Source of the DNA: Candidatus Omnitrophota bacterium
Lineage (GTDB): Bacteria > Omnitrophota > Gorgyraeia > B26-G9
NCBI GenBank assembly: GCA_043826565.1
Contig: JBDRPX010000006.1
Coordinates: forward strand, 14,456-78,455
DNA: 64,000 nt
Direction of reading: 5' to 3'
A program made the position numbers and the translations under genes. Under the pieces are notes generated by a model that was not told the DNA's origin, did no database searches, and worked only from the letters and a program-made list of their open reading frames with translations. Of this stretch, positions 1 to 9,281 are shown piece by piece (the stretch's first letter is position 1; each line of letters opens with the position of its first letter).

Positions 1-66
1 CAGATGAATGGGATCAAACGTCCCTCCTAAAATTCCTATACGTTTCTTATTCTCTAATCTGGCCAT
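1..66 (-). CDS. nadD: Nicotinate-nucleotide adenylyltransferase, 5' end only (runs off window edge)
   Basis: Not in the ORF track. Manual translation from ATG at 66 gives MARLENKKRIGILGGTFDPIHL, the NadD N-terminal GGTFDPIH motif. Overlaps the proA stop; proB-proA-nadD is a common gene order. Confidence 0.85.
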   Translation of the reverse strand, partial: MARLENKKRIGILGGTFDPIHL

Positions 67-1303
67 TACCCATTACAACATACTTGTAAGTTGTTAATTC
101 CTCAAGTCCCATCGGACCCCGCGCATGCAGCTTATCCGTGCTCACGCCTATCTCCGCACCTAACCCAAACTCATTGCCGTCGGTAAACCGAGTTGACGCA
201 TTAATATAAACACATGCCGCATCAACTTCTTTTAAAAACGTTATGCCATTAGGGAAATTATTTGTTATAATCGCTTCCGAATGGCCTGAGCCGAATTCAG
301 TAATATGATCAATAGCATCCTGCATGCTATCAACAACCTTAACCGATAATATTAAATCAAGATACTCCGTAGCATAATCTTCCTTAGTCGCTAATTTTAC
401 TTCCGGGCATAATTTTACGGTTTTTGAACAACCCCGAATTTCCACACCTTCTTTTTTAAATCTTTTTACTATAGAAGGTAAAAAATATTTTGCTATTGCT
501 TTATGCACCAGAAGACATTCCATGGCATTGCAAGTCGAAGGTCTTTGAACTTTGGCATTAACTGCCACTTCCTCCGCCATCGCCAGGTCCGCATATTCAT
601 CAACATAAGTATGACAAATTCCCTTATAATGCTTTATCACCGGAATACTTGACTTTTCCACAACCGTTCGAATCAGAGCTTCTCCTCCCCGGGGGATAAT
701 AAGATCAATATAATCTTTCTGTTTTAACAGAACATCAATTGCTTCTCGATCAACTGTCTGAATAAGATTAATTGTTCCTTCAGGCAACCCGGCTTTTTCA
801 GCCGCTTCAGAAATCGCCTTAAAAATCGCCTGGTTAGAATTAATTGATTCCTTTCCTCCCCGCAAGATAACGGCATTGCCCGCTTTTAAACATAGCCCCG
901 CGCAATCACTGGTAACATTGGGCCGCGATTCATAAATAATTCCAATAACTCCTAACGGAACTCTCATTTTACTGATCCTTAAACCGTTAGGCCGCTGCCA
1001 CATTTTAATCATCTCGCCGATAGGGTCTTTTAACGCTTTTATCGCCAGTAAATCTTCAGCCATCTTTTTAATTCTATTTTCGTTAAGCGTCAGTCTTTCC
1101 ACAAAAGCCGCCGAATTTTTGGCTTTTTTGGCAATATTAATATCTTTATTATTAGCTTTTAAGATGAGCGCTTTTTTCTTTATAAGAATTTCCGCCATTT
1201 TTTCTAAAGCACTGTCTTTGACTTCCGAAGAAATATGGCTCAAATGGCGGGAAGCTGCTTTTGCCTGCTTAGCTATCGCTATCACATCGCTCTTTATAGA
1301 CAT
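47..1303 (-). CDS. proA: Gamma-glutamyl phosphate reductase
   Basis: Motifs VPLGVIGIIYESRPNVT, CNAMECLLVH, NASTRFTDG, KLHARGPMGL; follows proB. Confidence 0.97.
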   Translation of the reverse strand: MSIKSDVIAIAKQAKAASRHLSHISSEVKDSALEKMAEILIKKKALILKANNKDINIAKKAKNSAAFVERLTLNENRIKKMAEDLLAIKALKDPIGEMIKMWQRPNGLRISKMRVPLGVIGIIYESRPNVTSDCAGLCLKAGNAVILRGGKESINSNQAIFKAISEAAEKAGLPEGTINLIQTVDREAIDVLLKQKDYIDLIIPRGGEALIRTVVEKSSIPVIKHYKGICHTYVDEYADLAMAEEVAVNAKVQRPSTCNAMECLLVHKAIAKYFLPSIVKRFKKEGVEIRGCSKTVKLCPEVKLATKEDYATEYLDLILSVKVVDSMQDAIDHITEFGSGHSEAIITNNFPNGITFLKEVDAACVYINASTRFTDGNEFGLGAEIGVSTDKLHARGPMGLEELTTYKYVVMGNGQIRE

Positions 1304-1315
1304 TTCCTCTGCCTC

Positions 1316-2422
1316 CTATTGGATTATTACAAGATTATTTCTATGGATAACCTCATCGTAAGATTTATATCCTAAAACCGTCACAATCTTGGCAGTCTTT
1401 AATCCACGGATTTTTTTAACCTCATCACTGGAATAATTAGTAAGTCCCCGCGCGATTTCACTTTCTTTTTTATCACATATAAAAACAAGATCTCCTTGCG
1501 CGAATTTACCAAGGGTATCCACAATCCCGCTAGCTAGAAGGCTTTTACCTTTTTGGGTCAAAGCTTCCTTAGCCCCATCATCAACAATTATTTTCCCGCA
1601 ACCGCGGCAGCTAAATGCAATCCAACGCTTTTTTCCGGAAATCTTGTTTTGCTGAGGAAGAAACCAAGTCCCCTCCCCCTTTTTATTAATAACTTTTGCC
1701 AAGATATCTTTTGTATTGCCGTTAGCAATAACCATGGGTATTCCGGCATTAGTCGCAATCTTACCGGCTTGGAGCTTTGTAACCATGCCTCCGACACTCG
1801 TCTGTCTTGTCGTGCCCTTAGCCAAACCGTTAACTAATGAATCTATAGCATCAATTTCCTTTATAACTTTGCCTTTTTTATCATAAACTCCATCAACGTC
1901 AGACAAAATTATCAACAATTTTGCATCAATAAGCGTCGCCACTAAAGAAGATAATTTATCATTATCCCCAAATCTTATTTCATCCGTAGCAACTGTATCA
2001 TTCTCATTAACAATCGGAACCACACCTTTTTCCAAAAGAGTTAAAATCGTATTACGTGCATTCAAATATCGCGGACGGTCATACAATCCATCCGGAGTAA
2101 GTAAAATTTGTGCGGTAAGTATGCTTTGTTTTCGAAATATTTTTTCATACTCATGCATAAGCTGAATCTGGCCGATCGCTGCCGCCGCCTGAAGTTCCTC
2201 AATAGTTTTCGGCCTCTTTTCATAATTAAGCAGATTCATTCCGCTGGCAATCGCACCCGAGGAAACCAAGACTACATTCACCCCTTGTTTTCTTAACTTA
2301 CATATCTGTGAAGATATATTACTTAAGCGGCGTTTATCCAGTTTGTTAAATTCGCTAACCAGCGTACTGGAACCGACCTTAACAACAACCGGAGAAATGG
2401 TGTTCAGTAAATCAACTTTCAT
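1316..2422 (-). CDS. proB: Glutamate 5-kinase with C-terminal PUA domain
   Basis: VVVKVGSS, VSSGAI, NENDTV, FGDNDKLS, GGMVTKL; PUA-like C-terminus ending EVIHRNNLV. ATG at 2422 preferred over the TTG at 2431. Confidence 0.96.
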   Translation of the reverse strand: MKVDLLNTISPVVVKVGSSTLVSEFNKLDKRRLSNISSQICKLRKQGVNVVLVSSGAIASGMNLLNYEKRPKTIEELQAAAAIGQIQLMHEYEKIFRKQSILTAQILLTPDGLYDRPRYLNARNTILTLLEKGVVPIVNENDTVATDEIRFGDNDKLSSLVATLIDAKLLIILSDVDGVYDKKGKVIKEIDAIDSLVNGLAKGTTRQTSVGGMVTKLQAGKIATNAGIPMVIANGNTKDILAKVINKKGEGTWFLPQQNKISGKKRWIAFSCRGCGKIIVDDGAKEALTQKGKSLLASGIVDTLGKFAQGDLVFICDKKESEIARGLTNYSSDEVKKIRGLKTAKIVTVLGYKSYDEVIHRNNLVIIQ

Positions 2423-2463
2423 GGCAATCAACTTATATTATAGTTTGTAAGTATAGTTATTTT

Positions 2464-3432
2464 TTATTTGACGAAAATTTTTTTAAACAAACTTTGCGTA
2501 AGCATAGCGATTCCGGATGAATCCAAACAGGAAATCAAAAAAATCCGCTGTTTTAGTACCTGCTTAAAAAGTTTCAAATTATCTTTTGCCGCCGGAACAT
2601 CCATCTTATTTGCCACAATAAAATGCGGCTTTTGCAGTAGAGTACGGTCATAACATTCAATCTCATTACGTAAATTCACATAGTCCTGCACAGGATCTCT
2701 CCCGTCAATGCCTGCCATATCAATTAAAAAAAGCAATATTTTGGTTCGCTCAATATGCCGCAGGAACTCAAGCCCCAGCCCCTTCCCCTTATGTGCATCT
2801 TTTATGATTCCGGGGATATCAGCAACGGTAAAACGATTTTCAGAAAGAGTTGATTTTACTACGCCAAGGACTGGCCTTACTGTTGAAAACGGAAAGTCGG
2901 CTACTTTTGATTTTGCTCCCGAGAGAACATTTACCAGAGAAGATTTTCCTGCGTTAGGGTAACCGATAAGACCAACATCTGCGATCAGCTTTAATTCCAA
3001 CAGAACCGTAAGTTCCTGCCCAGGGGCTCCTTCAGTCACATCTATTTTTTTAGCGTTGCCTATTCCGCCTTTTCCGCCCACCGCAACAACTACCTGATCA
3101 CCAACAATATTTAAATCCCTAATCAAATAATTGTTTTCCGCATCTCGAATAATCGTTCCCAAAGGCACCAGAATCAGATAATCATTACCGCATCTGCCCC
3201 TCTTCTGGTTACTACTGCCATGTTTTCCTGATTCAGCCTTAAAATGCTGCCGGTAACGAAAATCTAATAATGTGTGTACATTGGGATCAGCTTTTATTAT
3301 TACATTCCCGCCATCGCCGCCGTCCCCGCCGTCTCTTCTGGGATAACGCATCGGTCTTACGTGATACAAACTATCACAACCCTTACCGCCGTTCCCCGCT
3401 TTTATAAATATTCTGGAGCGGTCCGCAAACAT
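2464..3432 (-). CDS. obgE: GTPase Obg/CgtA, short form without C-terminal domain
   Basis: Gly-rich Obg fold (GGDGGDGG), LELKLIADVGLIGYPNAGKSS, DIPG, NKMD; follows rplU-rpmA. Confidence 0.95.
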   Translation of the reverse strand: MFADRSRIFIKAGNGGKGCDSLYHVRPMRYPRRDGGDGGDGGNVIIKADPNVHTLLDFRYRQHFKAESGKHGSSNQKRGRCGNDYLILVPLGTIIRDAENNYLIRDLNIVGDQVVVAVGGKGGIGNAKKIDVTEGAPGQELTVLLELKLIADVGLIGYPNAGKSSLVNVLSGAKSKVADFPFSTVRPVLGVVKSTLSENRFTVADIPGIIKDAHKGKGLGLEFLRHIERTKILLFLIDMAGIDGRDPVQDYVNLRNEIECYDRTLLQKPHFIVANKMDVPAAKDNLKLFKQVLKQRIFLISCLDSSGIAMLTQSLFKKIFVK

Positions 3433-3447
3433 AAGCTGAGGGCTTTC

Positions 3448-3690
3448 TTAATTAGCGGTTACGCTAATTACCTTCTCTTTGGGAAAACAAACTTTCCCGT
3501 CAATACGTGAATAAAGTGTATAATCCCTGCCGACCCCGACATTTTTACCCGGTTTAAACGTTAACCCATGCTGCCTGATCAGAATTGACCCAGCGCGTAC
3601 AGTTTCACCACCGTAATGTTTTACTCCCAGTCTTTGGGAATTGCTATCCCGGCCGTTACGGGAGCTTCCCATACCTTTTTTATGTGCCAT
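3448..3690 (-). CDS. rpmA: 50S ribosomal protein L27
   Basis: [24 protein letters not shown] signature; AAGGAG RBS upstream. Confidence 0.98.
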   Translation of the reverse strand: MAHKKGMGSSRNGRDSNSQRLGVKHYGGETVRAGSILIRQHGLTFKPGKNVGVGRDYTLYSRIDGKVCFPKEKVISVTAN

Positions 3691-3762
3691 GACATGATCT
3701 CCTTTTATGAAGCAAGACGCAGAAAATTTTCAGTCCTTCCCGCTGCCCGCTACTTTATTTGC

Positions 3763-4074
3763 TTACTTATTTATCTTCTTGATCTCAAGACGAGTCAAAT
3801 CCTGACGATGACCGGTTTTTTTATGAGAATCTTTTCTGCGAAGATACTTAAATACTACTACTTTTTTAGCCTTATCATGGCCAATTACTTCCGCGTCCAC
3901 CGAAACACCCTCTAGATAAGGCTGACCAACCTGAACTTTTTTACCGCTGGAAAGTAAAAGCACTTTATCCAACGTGATTGCGTCTTTAGGCTGATTGTCC
4001 ATTTTAGCTACCTCGATAATGTCCTTCGGAGCCACTTTATATTGTTTTCCCTTAACCTCGATTACTGCATACAC
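3763..4074 (-). CDS. rplU: 50S ribosomal protein L21
   Basis: YAVIEVKGKQYKV and GHRQDLT motifs. GTG start at 4074 lies just after a GGAGG RBS (the track starts at 4089). Confidence 0.96.
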   Translation of the reverse strand: MYAVIEVKGKQYKVAPKDIIEVAKMDNQPKDAITLDKVLLLSSGKKVQVGQPYLEGVSVDAEVIGHDKAKKVVVFKYLRRKDSHKKTGHRQDLTRLEIKKINK

Positions 4075-4127
4075 AACATCCACCTCCAAATTATTGTTTT
4101 AAATAGCTGAATAATTTTAATAGTATA

Positions 4128-5645
4128 TCACAAAAATTTTACTTCTTCAATACCTAAATGTTCATCAGTCAAAATAGCGATTTTTACCCACATTTTCTTT
4201 TCTAAACTGGTAATTGCACCGCGCTCCTCATTAAGTAAACGCATCGCTATTGCCGGATGTACATTGACCTCTAAATACCTTTTTTTTTGTCCGATAAGAT
4301 ACTTTTTTATCTCTCTTAATGCTTTTATAGCAATAGTTTCAGCCGATTTAATTCTACCCCGGCCATCACAAGCCGAACATGTCTGAAAAAAGATACTTTC
4401 GAGCTTTCTGCGGATTCTCTGTCTGGCTATCTGCACGATTCCCAACTGGGAAAACGGATAAATAGTCACCCTCGCCTTGTCCTGCTCCATTTCTTTTTCT
4501 AAAAGCTGTAAAACTTTCTTCTGATGTGCATTCCTGCTCATATCAATAAAATCGATAACAATGATACCCGCTAAGTCACGCAGTCTGATCTGCCGGGCAA
4601 TCTCCTTAGCTGCTTCCATATTTGTCAAAAATGCTGTTTCTTCCAAACGATCTTGATTTACAAAACTACCGCTGTTGACATCTATAGAAATCAATGCTTC
4701 CGTAGGCTCGATAATAATATATCCGCCTTTTTTCAAGGAAACTTCCCGGGCTAATATCTCTTCGCTTTGTTTATCAATATCATATTTATCAAACAAACTC
4801 ATTTTTTCTTTATGCAGCCTTAACTTACGTTTTAGCTGCGGCGCGAGAATCTTGATAAAATTCAAAACCCGCTTATAGTCATCATGGGTATCGACAATCA
4901 GCTTTTCGATATCATCGCTAAAAAAATCCCGTGCTGTTCTTAAAACCAAATCGTACTCTTCATGAATCAGCGCCGGAGCTTTTTTTCGGGAAGATTTTAC
5001 TCTAATATTATTCCATAACCGTAATAAGTATTGTAATTCACGAACAAATTCGCGTTTACCTAAACCCATGGCCTGGGTACGGATAATACACCCCATTTCC
5101 TTGGGCAATCCTATTTCCTTTAACAGAGTACGCAGCCTTAAACGTTCTTTCTCATTTGTAATTTTTTTTGATATACCGATATTTTTACTATATGGCATAA
5201 GAACCAAAAATCTTCCGGGTAAACTTATCTGACTGCTTAACCGGCAGCCTTTTGTACCAAAAGGTTCTTTAACTACCTGTACAAGTACTTCCTGCCCTTT
5301 GCGCAAAAGACTATCTATGGACACATGTTCTTTCTTATGCGGAACCGGGACAGCCTTATTAGCGTCACTTAATACTTCCGTTGCCGGTTCCAAAGAATAC
5401 TCATCATTCTTTAAAGATGCCGGCAGGAATTCCTGGATATACAAAAACCCGTTTTTTCCCAGGCCGATATCAACAAAAGCTGCCTCCATACCTTTTACTA
5501 CCTGGGCAACCCTGCCTTTATAAACATTCCCGGCTATATGCTTATGTGTTGCTCTATCTATAAAAAACTCTTCCAACCGATTATTCTCAACAAGCGCAAC
5601 ACGCTTTTCCTGTTCATCGGTAGTTATTAATATATCTCTACTCAT
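4128..5645 (-). CDS. rng: Rne/Rng family ribonuclease (RNase G-sized)
   Basis: S1 region GNVYKGRV and AAFVDIG, catalytic IDVNSG and IVIDFIDM, Zn-link CSACDGRG. Confidence 0.93.
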   Translation of the reverse strand: MSRDILITTDEQEKRVALVENNRLEEFFIDRATHKHIAGNVYKGRVAQVVKGMEAAFVDIGLGKNGFLYIQEFLPASLKNDEYSLEPATEVLSDANKAVPVPHKKEHVSIDSLLRKGQEVLVQVVKEPFGTKGCRLSSQISLPGRFLVLMPYSKNIGISKKITNEKERLRLRTLLKEIGLPKEMGCIIRTQAMGLGKREFVRELQYLLRLWNNIRVKSSRKKAPALIHEEYDLVLRTARDFFSDDIEKLIVDTHDDYKRVLNFIKILAPQLKRKLRLHKEKMSLFDKYDIDKQSEEILAREVSLKKGGYIIIEPTEALISIDVNSGSFVNQDRLEETAFLTNMEAAKEIARQIRLRDLAGIIVIDFIDMSRNAHQKKVLQLLEKEMEQDKARVTIYPFSQLGIVQIARQRIRRKLESIFFQTCSACDGRGRIKSAETIAIKALREIKKYLIGQKKRYLEVNVHPAIAMRLLNEERGAITSLEKKMWVKIAILTDEHLGIEEVKFL

Positions 5646-5943
5646 AATATCCTATCTTACCTATCGAAATACCTTCTGTTAACTGTGATTGAAAACATTT
5701 TCTAAACTCATCTAATTCCATTGGTTGCCGCAAAAAAAAAGTGACTTCCATTTCTCCATCTTTTCCGACCTTTAAGGCCTGTCCAAATTTTACCTTTGGA
5801 CGAGGATTAAATCCCTCTGTTAAAACATACGGAATATCCGCACGCCTTAGGGCCCGATAAATCAACCTGATAAAATCCAAATGTGAGAGATAGCGCATAA
5901 ACCCGCTTTTATCAAGCCTGACGACCATTTTAGTATTCTGCAT
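5638..5943 (-). CDS. Radical-SAM-linked protein family (TIGR03936/DUF2344-like), short form
   Basis: MRYLSHLDFIRLIYRALRRADIP and GFNPRPKVKFGQAL are typical of this family; usual position upstream of rng. Confidence 0.8.
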   Translation of the reverse strand: MQNTKMVVRLDKSGFMRYLSHLDFIRLIYRALRRADIPYVLTEGFNPRPKVKFGQALKVGKDGEMEVTFFLRQPMELDEFRKCFQSQLTEGISIGKIGYYE

Positions 5944-5946
5944 TTA

Positions 5947-7740
5947 TTAATGTTTTTTCCTATTAAACCATCCCTTATTCTGTCTTTTTTCTTCTTTCGG
6001 CTGATCCTCTTTATTCATCGCCGCTTCAATATCATCTTCAACATTGACCACTGCTTCATTAACTGCCGGCTCTGTTTCTGAATCCATATTTTCTTCCGGA
6101 ATAGATTCTACTGCTTCCAAAGATTCGACTTCAGTAATTTCCTCTGAACTTTCTTCAGTTATAGGAATTTGATCAGCAGCAACAACTTCGGCTACTATAT
6201 CATCTTCAATAGATTCGCTTTCTTTTACCGGCTGAACATTTTTCTTTTTAGCTTCTTTCATTTCTTCTTTTTTCTTAATTTCTTCCATTGCTTTTGCTTT
6301 AGCTGCTTCTTCAGCCTTTCTTTGTGCTTCCTCAGCAGCTTGCCTGGCGGCAATTAATGCTTCGGCAGCTTCTTTTCTCCTTTCCAGTTGATCTCGATTT
6401 ATAATATGCGGAGTTATAAATATCAGCAAATCTTTCTTTTCGATCGCGTCAGCTTTATGCGTAAACAATAATCCTAAAATCGGGATATCACCTAAAATTG
6501 GAACTTTTGTTTTGGTTGTAACTGTTTTATCTTTAAGCAGCCCGCCGATAACCAAAGTTTCCCCGTCTTTTATCATAACTGTAGCATCTGTTGTCTGGGT
6601 GGAAAGAATCGGGACCTCCGCTCCCTGAAAATTAACAACATCCTGCTTATCACTTATTTCCGGATGCAGCTTTAATGTCACAAACCCGTCTTTATTAATT
6701 GTTGGCGTTACCCTCAACAAGACACCATAACTTTTATATTCCCATCCGGTAATAACAAAACGGTCCGTTTCTTCATTATAAGAATAACTGGCAATCGGCC
6801 AATCCGTACCGACATGAATCTCCGCTTCCTGGTTATCCATTGTCGTAATACTCGGATTTGATAATATCCGGGTCTTGCCTCTGCTTGTAATCGCTTCCAT
6901 CATCAAACTAAAGGATGTCGCATCTAAAACCCCGTAAGTAAAATCTGTTTTAGACGCATACGGGAATGAAGGACGGGCTTGTGTAGGAAAATCAGTAGCA
7001 TTCTCACCCACTGGCATAAACTGGGTTAAAGTACTGTTTTCCCCACCGTCAGCTCCCCAAGGAAATGTTGTCACCCGCTTAGACATGGTCGCGGTAGCCG
7101 CGGGGTTCCATTTTAACCCCAGACGTTCATCAGTCGTCAAGGAAGTTTCAATTATTTTCGCTTGAATTGTAACCTGAGGAGTCATCGCATCAAGTCTTTG
7201 AATAACCTTCCCAATTTTATAAATATTAGTCGGAATATCCGTAACAATAATTAGATTAGAACGAGCATCAAATTTAACCTTACCGCGCTCAGATTTCATT
7301 TCCTCAACAGCAAAAACAACATCCTGAGCACGCGCATAATTAAGCGGAAAAACCTCGGTAATCAAAGTTTCTAATCCCTGTTTATCCAGGGTGGTTACCC
7401 GGATGATATTTCCTTCACGTTCATAAGCATAGCTATATGTACGGCAAATAACATCCAAGATTTTTTCCCAGGGAACATCCGTAATATGAATACTAATTAA
7501 TCCCTTTACGTCAGGATCGGAAACAATGTTCACGTTTCCCTTTAAAGATAAAACCCGAAACACATCCTGGACATCAGCATCTTTAAATTCTACGCTAATC
7601 ATTCCTTCCTGAGATTCCTGAATTTCCATATCGTTCATTCCGTTTTCCGCAAAAGATGATGCTGCCGCAACAAACAATGCTATTAGTCCAAGCCCCAATA
7701 TAAATTTGAACTTTAGCTTTTTATTTCCCCTATTTTTCAT
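5947..7740 (-). CDS. pilQ: Type IV pilus secretin with long charged C-terminal tail
   Basis: Signal peptide, N0 (ISVEFKDADV) and N3 domains, secretin core (QVTIQAKIIE, GETLVIGGL, KVPILGDIPILGLLF, LLIFITPHII); last gene of pilMNOP. Confidence 0.9.
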   Translation of the reverse strand: MKNRGNKKLKFKFILGLGLIALFVAAASSFAENGMNDMEIQESQEGMISVEFKDADVQDVFRVLSLKGNVNIVSDPDVKGLISIHITDVPWEKILDVICRTYSYAYEREGNIIRVTTLDKQGLETLITEVFPLNYARAQDVVFAVEEMKSERGKVKFDARSNLIIVTDIPTNIYKIGKVIQRLDAMTPQVTIQAKIIETSLTTDERLGLKWNPAATATMSKRVTTFPWGADGGENSTLTQFMPVGENATDFPTQARPSFPYASKTDFTYGVLDATSFSLMMEAITSRGKTRILSNPSITTMDNQEAEIHVGTDWPIASYSYNEETDRFVITGWEYKSYGVLLRVTPTINKDGFVTLKLHPEISDKQDVVNFQGAEVPILSTQTTDATVMIKDGETLVIGGLLKDKTVTTKTKVPILGDIPILGLLFTHKADAIEKKDLLIFITPHIINRDQLERRKEAAEALIAARQAAEEAQRKAEEAAKAKAMEEIKKKEEMKEAKKKNVQPVKESESIEDDIVAEVVAADQIPITEESSEEITEVESLEAVESIPEENMDSETEPAVNEAVVNVEDDIEAAMNKEDQPKEEKRQNKGWFNRKKH

Positions 7741-8107
7741 GACCGTCCCCTCCCTTTCGTACTTTTACAATAAATTCTTTCCCCATTTTTTCTAAAACAA
7801 CACTGTCTTCTTTTATCTCCAAAACAGTTAAGCCAAAAATAAAATCATTCTTTTTTACTGCTTTTCCGTTTATGATCGCCAGAGATTTTCCTGCCGGGTC
7901 CCAGATAATTCCTTCTAAATTAACATCACCGGTTTCTGTAGTAACTTTTGCTCCGGGAAGAATACGCCCGTCCTTTGTCACCAAGCTCATAAATGGATCA
8001 CGCACACCGTTATTTTTATAAACAAACTGCTCCGGCACTCCGGCAGCTACTGCGCATGAAGCACCTATTAAAAAAATTAAAAACAAACTACATGCCCGCA
8101 TTAGCAT
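7730..8107 (-). CDS. PilP-like type IV pilus assembly protein
   Basis: RDPF motif, then LEGIIWD...AIING beta domain; lies between pilO and pilQ. Confidence 0.75.
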   Translation of the reverse strand: MLMRACSLFLIFLIGASCAVAAGVPEQFVYKNNGVRDPFMSLVTKDGRILPGAKVTTETGDVNLEGIIWDPAGKSLAIINGKAVKKNDFIFGLTVLEIKEDSVVLEKMGKEFIVKVRKGGDGHEK

Positions 8108-8657
8108 TTACACTCTCTTTCAAACAAAAAGCATCAACAGTTATAAATACCTGATGTTTATCCGGATTAGCATCATTACTCTCAATTTTTATGTTCTTTA
8201 TCTTCATCAGTTTATGGGAATATTCCAAAGAATTAATAAATCCTCCCAAGGAATGATATCCACAAACAGCATCAACAAAAACCGGTATGCGCACGTAAAA
8301 CATACCTTCTTCCTGAATCACTTTCTGCGGTTCAATAGCAATAATTTTAATATCATGTTCTCTTGCTTTTGCCGACAATAAATCCAGAAAAACCGGAAAC
8401 TCCTCCTGAGTCGGCAATTGATCTATATAACTTTTATAGGAAAGCATCAACTCATCCAATTCCAGTTCTCTAACCTGAAAATCAGACATTCCCTGATCAA
8501 TATAATCTAAAACCTCTTTTTTCTGCTTTGCTTCTTTAGAAATTTTCATAACATGTCCAAACTGAGGAATAAGCAACAACAAAAAGACAATAACCGCACC
8601 GGCCATGATTATCTGAAATATTGATATTCTAATTTTTTTAAAAACAAGATCTTTCAT
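8088..8657 (-). CDS. pilO: Type IV pilus assembly protein PilO
   Basis: N-terminal TM, coiled coil, LP..EE.P.FL and GYHSLGGFINSLE motifs; operon position. Confidence 0.85.
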   Translation of the reverse strand: MKDLVFKKIRISIFQIIMAGAVIVFLLLLIPQFGHVMKISKEAKQKKEVLDYIDQGMSDFQVRELELDELMLSYKSYIDQLPTQEEFPVFLDLLSAKAREHDIKIIAIEPQKVIQEEGMFYVRIPVFVDAVCGYHSLGGFINSLEYSHKLMKIKNIKIESNDANPDKHQVFITVDAFCLKESVNANAGM

Positions 8658-8660
8658 AAC

Positions 8661-9278
8661 CTATGCATTGTCCTTAAAATAACAAACCAAATTAAAATCC
8701 ATCACTTCAATATCCGCAATTTTTCTGCGTAATACAGACTCTACTTCAATTTTTTTAAAAAGTTCCGCGAATTCTTTATTCGCTTTTAGTTGGCGCATAA
8801 ATCCGCTAATAACACCCATTTCATCATGCGCTGTCGAAACAACAGTTGCGGATACATTTAAAAACCTCAGTTCAGTCGTCGTTTCAACATAATTTATCGT
8901 AGCTTTGATTGTCTGACGTTTTAAGGCAATGCTTCTAAACCAGACTCCCGGCACAAGTGAATCACTTAAATCATTCAACATCCTTGACCAGAGAAACTCC
9001 GGGGTAAAAACCTGTTCAAACAAAACACTCGACTGTTTAAAACTATCAATCTTTCTTTTAAGGTTATCAATCTCCTGCTTCTTTACTTCCAGATTTTTTA
9101 ATCGAGTATCAATCGCCCGCAATGTAAGTGTTTTATAAACATTCACCGAAGTAAGGATTAACAGTATTGCTATAAGAGTCGCGTTAATCACCAACAATAC
9201 TAAATTAACCGGTAAATCATTTTTATGTACACTTTTTGCTTCTCTATATGATAATGGTAATAAGTTAATCTCAATCAT
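8661..9278 (-). CDS. pilN: Type IV pilus assembly protein PilN
   Basis: N-terminal INLLP PilM-binding motif, TM helix, coiled coil, WS..L..L...P.GVW. Confidence 0.88.
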   Translation of the reverse strand: MIEINLLPLSYREAKSVHKNDLPVNLVLLVINATLIAILLILTSVNVYKTLTLRAIDTRLKNLEVKKQEIDNLKRKIDSFKQSSVLFEQVFTPEFLWSRMLNDLSDSLVPGVWFRSIALKRQTIKATINYVETTTELRFLNVSATVVSTAHDEMGVISGFMRQLKANKEFAELFKKIEVESVLRRKIADIEVMDFNLVCYFKDNA

Positions 9279-9281
9279 TTT

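Noticed and set aside
3691-3762. Missing ribosomal protease gene (prp/ysxB) between rplU and rpmA
   Set aside because: L27 starts MAHKK with no N-terminal extension, so Prp is not expected.
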